Of a DNA stretch of 64,000 bases, positions 57,205 to 64,000 are shown piece by piece. The stretch comes from Dehalococcoidia bacterium (lineage in GTDB: Bacteria; Chloroflexota; Dehalococcoidia; Bin125). The position numbers and the translations under genes were made by a program. The notes under the pieces were generated by a model. The model was not told the DNA's origin. It saw only the letters and a list, made by a program, of their open reading frames with translations, and did not search any database. Each line of letters starts with the position of its first letter. Position 1 is the stretch's first letter. The stretch is from assembly GCA_963555985.3 (NCBI GenBank), contig OY820591.1:896001-960000 (forward strand). The letters run 5' to 3'.

Positions 57205-57422
57205 GCGAGCCGACCACAGTTGAGGTCACGCTGAACGGCGAATCCGCCGAGCTGCCGGCGGCTGCCCTGCCCGATGCGCTCTGCGCGATCGGCTACGACC
57301 CCGAACAGCAGGGCATCGCCGTCGCGATCAACATGGCCGTCGTACCGCGTTCAGAGTGGGACGCGACCACGATTGCGGCGGGCGACCGAATCGACATCGT
57401 CGGCGCGAAACAGGGCGGATAG
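57201..57422 (+). CDS. thiS: Sulfur carrier protein ThiS
   Basis: 73 aa; AVAIN..VVPR; C-terminal GG. Confidence 0.95.
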   Translation: MSEPTTVEVTLNGESAELPAAALPDALCAIGYDPEQQGIAVAINMAVVPRSEWDATTIAAGDRIDIVGAKQGG

Positions 57423-57430
57423 AGATCACG

Positions 57431-58240
57431 ATGGACATCGCCGCGCAAGACACCTGGACCCTGGCCGGCCGCGAGCTCAGCTCGCGGATCATCCTCGGTA
57501 CCGCGCGCTATCCCTCGCAGGAAGTGCTGCTCGATTCGCTCGCCGCGAGCGGAACCGAGCTCGTAACAGTCGCGCTGCGCCGCGTCAATGTCGGATCGGC
57601 GGACGGATCCGATCCGACCAATCTGTACACGCTGCTGACGGAGCGCGGCTACGGACTGCTGCCCAACACTGCCGGCTGCTTCACCGCGCCCGACGCGATC
57701 CTGACGGCGGAACTCGCTCGGGAGGCGCTTGGCGTCTCACTGGTCAAACTAGAGGTGATCGCGGACGAGGAGACGCTGCTGCCGGATACCGAGGGTCTGC
57801 TGGAGGGTGCGCAGGAGTTGGTGCGGCGCGGGTTTGAGGTGTTGCCCTACACCAACGACGATCCGGTCACCGCGCGAAAGCTGGAGGATGTGGGCTGTTC
57901 GGCGGTGATGCCCCTGGGCGCGCCGATCGGCTCGGGGCTGGGGATTCGCAATCCGCACAACATTCAGCTGATCAAAGAACGCGCGAACGTGCCCGTGATC
58001 GTCGATGCCGGTGTCGGTACCGCATCGGATGTCGCGATCGCGTTTGAGCTCGGCTGCGACGCCGTGTTGATGAACACAGCCGTCGCGCGCTCGCGCGATC
58101 CGGTGCGGATGGCGCGCGCAATGAACGCGGCGGCGCGGGCCGGCCGCGACGCATTTCTGGCGGGGCGGATGCCGCGCAAGTTCTACGCCGAAGCATCCTC
58201 CCCCGCAGAGGGGATGATCTCGCCGCTCGAAACCTCGTAA
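57431..58240 (+). CDS. thiG: Thiazole synthase
   Basis: [22 protein letters not shown] and DAGVG motifs. Confidence 0.97.
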   Translation: MDIAAQDTWTLAGRELSSRIILGTARYPSQEVLLDSLAASGTELVTVALRRVNVGSADGSDPTNLYTLLTERGYGLLPNTAGCFTAPDAILTAELAREALGVSLVKLEVIADEETLLPDTEGLLEGAQELVRRGFEVLPYTNDDPVTARKLEDVGCSAVMPLGAPIGSGLGIRNPHNIQLIKERANVPVIVDAGVGTASDVAIAFELGCDAVLMNTAVARSRDPVRMARAMNAAARAGRDAFLAGRMPRKFYAEASSPAEGMISPLETS

Positions 58241-58254
58241 TCCGGCCTCCGACA

Positions 58255-58301
58255 CCGAACCGGGCCGAAACGGAATCGAACAAACCCGTACAGAGCCGAA
58301 C
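58255..58301 (+). repeat. Degenerate 10-bp-period CGAAC array
   Basis: CGAAC/CGAAA/CGTAC at 58256, 58266, 58277, 58287 and 58297. Confidence 0.55.
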
Positions 58302-58315
58302 AAGGGAGAACGCCT

Positions 58316-58954
58316 GTGACCGATCTGCCGCTTTCCGAGCGCCTCTGGGAGGCCAACCGCGACCTCGCCGAAGCCTGCCTCGATCACCCATTCGTGCAAG
58401 GCCTCGCCGATGGATCGCTAGCCGACAGCCGCTACGCCCTGTTCACGCAGCAGGATCATTTCTATCTGGACGCCTACGCCCGCGCCTACGCCTGGGGCGC
58501 GGTGCGCGCCCGCGATTGGGCCACGCGCCGTCAGTTCGGCGCGCTGCTCTCCGGCATCCTGACCGAAGGCACCCTGCACGAGCAGACCGCGCCCGAACTG
58601 GGCGTTTCGCTCGAAGACGTGCAGCCGCTGCCCGCCGCCCGCGAATACACCGATTTCCTCCTCGCCACCGCCTCACTGGGGACAGTCGGCGAGCATCTCG
58701 CGGCGATGGCGCCCTGCGCGAGGCTCTACGCCTGGCTGGGGCTGCGGATCGCGGACCAGCCGTATGACGACAAGTTCGATTTCTGGATCAACCTGTACGC
58801 CGGCAGCGGCTATCAGGAGAAGGTGGCGATCGTCCAGCGGATGTTGGATGAACACGGGGAAGACACGGCTTCGGAAGCGATCAAGTTCCGCACCGCGATG
58901 GAGTTGGAGTACCGCTTCTTCGACTCGGCCTGGGTGAATGGCTTGGAGCAGTGA
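58316..58954 (+). CDS. tenA: Aminopyrimidine aminohydrolase / thiaminase II
   Basis: HPFV, QDHFYL, APCARLY, WINLY and EYRFF motifs. Confidence 0.9.
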   Translation: MTDLPLSERLWEANRDLAEACLDHPFVQGLADGSLADSRYALFTQQDHFYLDAYARAYAWGAVRARDWATRRQFGALLSGILTEGTLHEQTAPELGVSLEDVQPLPAAREYTDFLLATASLGTVGEHLAAMAPCARLYAWLGLRIADQPYDDKFDFWINLYAGSGYQEKVAIVQRMLDEHGEDTASEAIKFRTAMELEYRFFDSAWVNGLEQ

Positions 58955-58962
58955 GCTGATCA

Positions 58963-59590
58963 GTGAACCGCTGGCTCGCAATCGCCGCAGTCTTGCCTGG
59001 CGCCGTGCTGCTGCTCTCCGCCTGCGGCGAGGAGTAACACCAGCAGCAGTCGCAGCAAGCTCAACACGGGCGCTCAACGAGTGAACACGAAGCCCAGAGC
59101 GAGCACGGCGACGGCGAACGTCAACAGGCGAGCCACGCCGAAGGTGCGGCCGATGCGGCAAGACGACCCTGCTGAACCTGATCGCCGGTCTCGAGGACAT
59201 CGACTCCGGCCAAATTCTGGTCAACGGCGAGACGCTGCCCCCGCAGGAGCGGCTGAAACACTTCGGCTACATGCCCCAGCAGGACACGTTGTTCCCTTGG
59301 CGCAGCGTCCTCGACAACGTCTCGCTGGGGCTGGAGGTGCAAGGAGTGCGCCGGATCGCGTCTTCGTGATGTCGCCATGCCCGGGGCGGATTGTGAATGT
59401 GCTTGACGTCGACCTGCCGCGTCCGCGCACGGCGCTGCCCCACCTCTTCATGGGTCTGCGGATCGCGGCGATCTACGCGGCGCTGGGCGCGATCTTTGTC
59501 GTCGCCCTGCTCAGTTACCTACTGTTCCTCGGGGTCGTCTTGTTTGAGCGCCGCGTGATCCCCTGGCGCTTCGCCCGGCGGGAGCGGTGA
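58963..59590 (+). pseudogene. Collapsed ABC transporter operon (ThiY/ThiZ/ThiX-like fragments)
   Basis: Lipoprotein leader with a nonsense codon, Walker A fragment CGKTTLL, DRVFVMS..PGRI, and permease fragments ALPHLF..LRIA and ERRVIPW. Confidence 0.8.
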
Positions 59591-59591
59591 G

Positions 59592-60224
59592 ATGCCGACA
59601 CTCCCGCGACTGATCCTGATCGCCGACCAGATCGCCGCCGGAGGGCGTCCGCTGCCCGAAGTGGTGGCGAGCGCGGCGGCCGGTGTGGACGGGCGGCTGA
59701 TCGTGCAGCTGCGAGAGCCGAAACTGTCCGACACGATCGCCATTCAACTGCTTCGGGCCATGCGTCGGCGTGTTCCGGCTGAGACCGTGCTGGCGGTCAA
59801 CAACCGTCCCAACGTTGCGCGTGCGCTCGACGTCGGCCTGCATGTACCCGGCTACATGAACGCGCCCAGCGGTGAATTCGCGCTGCGCGGACGGTCTGTA
59901 CACGACGACGATCAGGCGCGGGCCGCCATTGCTGAGCAGGCGGACTACGCGATCGTGGGCACGATCTTCGAGACTGCCTCTCACCCGGGCCGCGAAGGGG
60001 CGGGTCTGGCGCACCTGAGCCGAATAGCGGCGCGACTCGCCCCAATGCCCGCCTACGCAATCGGCGGGATCACCGCAGAGAACGCAGCAAACTGCATCGA
60101 GGCGGGCGCATGGGGCGTGGCGGTTCGAGGCGCGATCATGGGCGCGCCCGATCCGGGTGTTGCCGCTGCCGAAATCCTGGATGCCATTCTCGATCAGGTA
60201 CTGGGCAATCCAGGCAGAGGTTGA
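59592..60224 (+). CDS. ThiE/TenI-like protein
   Basis: VQLRE, SVH, IFETASHPG and AIGGIT motifs. Confidence 0.8.
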   Translation: MPTLPRLILIADQIAAGGRPLPEVVASAAAGVDGRLIVQLREPKLSDTIAIQLLRAMRRRVPAETVLAVNNRPNVARALDVGLHVPGYMNAPSGEFALRGRSVHDDDQARAAIAEQADYAIVGTIFETASHPGREGAGLAHLSRIAARLAPMPAYAIGGITAENAANCIEAGAWGVAVRGAIMGAPDPGVAAAEILDAILDQVLGNPGRG

Positions 60225-60432
60225 GCGGGCACGTAACCTCTTCCCCCGACTGTCCGCCCCGTGGGCGCAGTCGCGGGTGCGCCAGTATCTCGCTGAGGAC
60301 GAATTGCTGATCGGCAGAGACTTCTGGAACTTCGTCGCACGGCCGGCAGACGGCTACGACACCATCATTGGGGCTTACCGTGAGGGCGCGCACCTTATCC
60401 GTGAGGCGCTCGACGACGTCAAGAGGCTGTAG
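60185..60432 (+). pseudogene. C-terminal remnant of a probable type II restriction endonuclease
   Basis: ELLIGRDFWNFV..DGYDTII resembles TdeIII-type C-termini; no proper start; directly precedes an MTase. Confidence 0.5.
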
Positions 60433-60450
60433 CTGGGATAGGCGGTACCC

Positions 60451-61188
60451 ATGACCGAGATGAACCTGCGGATGGGCGACAGCCGAGCGCTGATCAAAAG
60501 CATCCCCGACGGCTCTGTCGATCTGCTCCTCACCGATCCGCCCTACAACCTGGGCATGTACTCCACTGGCAACATCAAACTCGACTGGCGCTCGGACATG
60601 AACAACGATTTGGCGGAATGGGACACGGTCGAGTTTCGGCCGGCGGATTGGGTTGAGGACTTCCGCCGCGTTCTCTCGCCAACCGGGAACATCTTCGCGT
60701 TTTGCAGCTACAACCTACTCGGCAAGTGGCACGACGCCTTTGATCACCTGTTCGATACATTCCAATTCATGGTCTGGCACAAGACGAACCCGGCTCCCAA
60801 GATCAGACGGGCGGGATTCCTCAACAGCTGCGAGCTCATCGTCTGTCTCTGGAACAAGGGCCACACCTGGAATTTCATCTCCCAGCGCGAGATGCACAAC
60901 TTCATCGAAAGCCCGATCTGCATGGGCGCGGAGCGGCTCAAGGATCCGAAACATCCCACCCAGAAACCCGTGCGCGTTCTTGAGCACATCATCCGGATCG
61001 CGTCGAATGAAGGCGACACCGTCTTCGATCCGTTCATGGGAGTCGGTTCGACCGGTGACGCAGCAATCCGCATGGGACGCAGTTTCACCGGGATCGAGCG
61101 AAACGAGGATTACTTCCGAGCAGCCGAGCGCCGCCTCCGTGACGCCGCAGCATTGACGGACGTAAGACAACCGGCGCCGCCCCTCTAG
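60451..61188 (+). CDS. Beta-class N4-C/N6-A DNA methyltransferase
   Basis: TDPPY near the N-terminus; HPTQKP and DPFMGVGST near the C-terminus. Confidence 0.92.
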   Translation: MTEMNLRMGDSRALIKSIPDGSVDLLLTDPPYNLGMYSTGNIKLDWRSDMNNDLAEWDTVEFRPADWVEDFRRVLSPTGNIFAFCSYNLLGKWHDAFDHLFDTFQFMVWHKTNPAPKIRRAGFLNSCELIVCLWNKGHTWNFISQREMHNFIESPICMGAERLKDPKHPTQKPVRVLEHIIRIASNEGDTVFDPFMGVGSTGDAAIRMGRSFTGIERNEDYFRAAERRLRDAAALTDVRQPAPPL

Positions 61189-61302
61189 GCAAGCGGACCC
61201 TGAACGATCCTGTTGGGCAAGTAACCTGCCCCCATGACCGTCCGTCCTGTCCTCGAAGGCCGTGCGCCATCGAACTTCGCCAGCGTCCGGCGCGCTCGCG
61301 CG

Positions 61303-64000
61303 ATGCTCCGGAACGGCCCCAACGCGCTCCAACTGATCGCCGACGACCTCCGCGACGCGCTCTCAGGCGAGCCGGATCTCCTCTTCGACCGCCCCTCGCG
61401 CTTGCTCTACGCGACCGATGCCTCGCTCTACGAGATGGAGCCGGTGGCGGTCGTCTTCCCGCGAACGCCCGCTGATGCGGCGGCGGCAGTGGCGGTCGCC
61501 CGCTCGCACGGAGTCCCCGTCCTACCGCGCGGGGGCGGTACGAGTTTGGCCGGCCAAGGCGTAAACCACGCGGTGGTGCTGGATTTCACGCGGCACATGA
61601 ACCGGGTGCTGGCGATCGATCCGGAACGGCGCCGAGCGCGGGTACAGCCCGGACTGGTGCTGAGCGAACTGAACAAGGCCGCCCGCGAATACGGCTTGCA
61701 CTACCCGATAGACCCGTCCACGGCGAACCGCGCCACAATCGGCGGCGGAATTGGCAACAACTCCTGTGGTACCCATTCCGGCCTGTACGGGAAAACAGTC
61801 GACGTCGTCGATTCGATGGACGTGATCCTGTCGGACGGCGCTGAGTTCGCATTTCGGCGGCGGGAGGGTCGTGACTTAGCCGCGTTGATCGACGCCGGAG
61901 GGCGCGAAGGCCGGCTCTACCGCGATCTACGGGCGTTGGCGGATCGCGAGCGTGCGCAGATCGCCGAGCGCTTCCCGGATATCCCCCGCCGCGTCTCCGG
62001 CTACAACCTCGACACGCTGCTGAACCCAGACGGAGTGAACTTGTCGCAGCTGGTGGTGGGCTCGGAGGGCACGCTCGCAGTAGTCACCGAGGCAACCGTG
62101 CAGCTCGCGCCGCTGCCGGCCCGGCGCGGGATCCTCGCCGCCCACTTCCGAACCCTGGTCGAAGCAGCCGAAGCGACTGTGGCGGCAAACCTCCACCGCC
62201 CCGCAGCGATCGAGCTCGTCGACGAGATCATCATCGAGCGCTGTCGTTCCAGCGTGGGCTACGCGCCGCTGGCCGAATTCGTCGTTGGCGATCCGGGAGC
62301 GATCCTGTTGATCGAGTGCTTCGCCCACACCGACGCGGAGCTGCGCGATCAGCTTCAGACCATCGCTGCGGAGCTTGAGGCGCGTGGGATGGGATATGCC
62401 AGCGTGATCGAGACCGATCCCGGTGCGCAGGCGCGAATGTGGCAGATGCGCCAGGCCGGGTTGGGTCTCCTGATGTCGATGCACGGCGACCCCAAGCCGG
62501 TGGCCTTCGTCGAAGACACAGCTGTGCCGCCTGAGCGCCTGCCTCAGTTCGTCGCCCGCTTCGACGCCGCCGTGCGGGCTCGCGGGCTGCGGGCGGGTTA
62601 CTACGGTCACGCGGCCGCGGGCTGCCTCCACATCCGCCCGGTAGTGAATGTCAAAGACCCCGACGGTCTCGATCAGACCGAGCAGTTAGCAGCCGAGATT
62701 GCCGATCTGGTCGTTGAGTTCGGCGGCAGCCTAAGCGGTGAGCACGGCGACGGGATCGTACGCGGCGCGTTCATGGAGAAGATGTTCGGCCCCCGCTTGG
62801 TCGACGCCTTCCGTGAGACGAAGCGCATCTTCGATCCCGACGGCCTGCTCAATCCAGGCAAGATCATCGACACGCCGCCGTTTCGCGACAATCTCCGGCT
62901 CAGTCCGGAGACGCAGAACCTCACGCCGCCATCGGCCCGCCAGTGGCTCAATTTCGACTCAGAGGGCGGTCTCGCGCGGGCGGCCGAACTCTGCAACGGG
63001 CAGGGAGCCTGCCGCAAGTTCGACGGCGGGATGTGCCCCTCGTTCCAGGTGACCCAGGACGAGGAGCACTCCACACGCGGTCGCGCGAACCTGCTGCGCC
63101 AGATTCTCAACGGCGCGCTGCCGGCAGAGGAGTTGAGCGGCGATCGTCTGCATGAGGCGCTCGATCTCTGCGTCGAGTGCAAGGCCTGCAAGGCGGAGTG
63201 TCCCTCGGGCGTCGATCTGGCCAAGCTCAAGTACGAAGTCCTGGCGCACCGACGCGCGCAGCACGGCACACCCCTGCGGGATCGGGCCTTTGCAGCAATT
63301 GCGACCCTGGCGCGCTACGGCTCCGCAACAGCCCCGCTGAGCAATGCGCTGGCAGCCTGGACGCCGGCGCGAGCGGCGCTGCACCGACTGGGCATTCACC
63401 GGAAGCGTCCCTTGCCGCGCTTTGCGCGGCGGACGTTTGCGCGTCAGTTTCGGGAGCGGCAGGGGCGTGCGGAGCAAGCCTCAGCCACACGCGGCGAGGT
63501 GCTGTTCTTCGACGACACCTTCACCAACTACGTGCATCCCGAGGTGGGGATCGCAGCAATCGAGATCATCGAAGCGCTGGGCTACCGGCCGCTGCGAATT
63601 GAGCAACGTGAGTGCTGTGGGCGTCCCGCAATCTCGAAGGGGCTGCTAGACGACGCACGCGAACTGGCGCAGCGAAACGTTGAGGCGCTCGTTGCCTATG
63701 CGCGGGAAGGCGTACCGATCGTGGGTACCGAGCCGTCCTGTCTGCTGAGCCTGAGGGACGAGTATCCGCTCTTGCTGCGGAGTGAAGATGCGGCTGCGGT
63801 GGCGTCTCAAGCGATGCTCTTCGACGAGTGGTTGGCAACTGAACTGGCGCGTCCCGACGTGCCGCGCATCTTTTCCAACTCGGAGCCAGAGCGTCCGCTG
63901 CAAGTGCACGTGCACTGCCACCAGAAAGCGTTGGCGGGTTTTGGGCAGACACTCGCAGTGCTGCGCGCAGCGGGCTACGAGCCTGAGTTAATCGACAGCG
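61303..64000 (+). CDS. FAD-binding/(Fe-S)-binding oxidoreductase (GlcD/GlcF-like fusion), runs off the window
   Basis: YATDAS, RGGGTSLAGQ, GSEGTL, SGEHGDG, CNGQGAC, CVECKAC and CCG motifs; alternative in-frame ATG at 61234. Confidence 0.9.
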   Translation, partial: MLRNGPNALQLIADDLRDALSGEPDLLFDRPSRLLYATDASLYEMEPVAVVFPRTPADAAAAVAVARSHGVPVLPRGGGTSLAGQGVNHAVVLDFTRHMNRVLAIDPERRRARVQPGLVLSELNKAAREYGLHYPIDPSTANRATIGGGIGNNSCGTHSGLYGKTVDVVDSMDVILSDGAEFAFRRREGRDLAALIDAGGREGRLYRDLRALADRERAQIAERFPDIPRRVSGYNLDTLLNPDGVNLSQLVVGSEGTLAVVTEATVQLAPLPARRGILAAHFRTLVEAAEATVAANLHRPAAIELVDEIIIERCRSSVGYAPLAEFVVGDPGAILLIECFAHTDAELRDQLQTIAAELEARGMGYASVIETDPGAQARMWQMRQAGLGLLMSMHGDPKPVAFVEDTAVPPERLPQFVARFDAAVRARGLRAGYYGHAAAGCLHIRPVVNVKDPDGLDQTEQLAAEIADLVVEFGGSLSGEHGDGIVRGAFMEKMFGPRLVDAFRETKRIFDPDGLLNPGKIIDTPPFRDNLRLSPETQNLTPPSARQWLNFDSEGGLARAAELCNGQGACRKFDGGMCPSFQVTQDEEHSTRGRANLLRQILNGALPAEELSGDRLHEALDLCVECKACKAECPSGVDLAKLKYEVLAHRRAQHGTPLRDRAFAAIATLARYGSATAPLSNALAAWTPARAALHRLGIHRKRPLPRFARRTFARQFRERQGRAEQASATRGEVLFFDDTFTNYVHPEVGIAAIEIIEALGYRPLRIEQRECCGRPAISKGLLDDARELAQRNVEALVAYAREGVPIVGTEPSCLLSLRDEYPLLLRSEDAAAVASQAMLFDEWLATELARPDVPRIFSNSEPERPLQVHVHCHQKALAGFGQTLAVLRAAGYEPELIDS

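Overview
High-GC bacterial chromosomal segment, most consistent with a Chloroflexota (Dehalococcoidia/SAR202-like) genome. This is inferred from the short tsf, many apparently leaderless starts and an expanded CoA-transferase/P450/SDR repertoire. Core blocks are rpsB-tsf-pyrH-frr-uppS-cdsA-dxr-rseP, miaB-nrtR plus nadABC with a clear NrtR operator, tRNA-Ser(GCT), sucCD, and a TPP-riboswitch-led thiD-E-O-S-G-tenA operon. Accessory content includes copper/cytochrome c genes, a ferritin-like diiron gene pair, lipid/steroid-type catabolic genes and many REP-like palindromes. The best leads are: (1) two dispersed terminase-small-subunit-like genes sharing a conserved 83-bp promoter with a LexA-like half-site, one followed by a TerL stub cut at Walker A; (2) an active plus ligand-dead diiron paralog pair; (3) an NYN RNase behind a promoter-driven, potentially pseudoknotted leader RNA; (4) RseP with an extra PDZ and two LysM domains; (5) a circularly permuted CcdA; (6) a triplicated PaREP1/HEPN-like gene; (7) nested mini-hairpins inserted into REP elements; and (8) a thiamine-precursor ABC transporter collapsed by several deletions. 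All calls come from reading the sequence and no searches were run.
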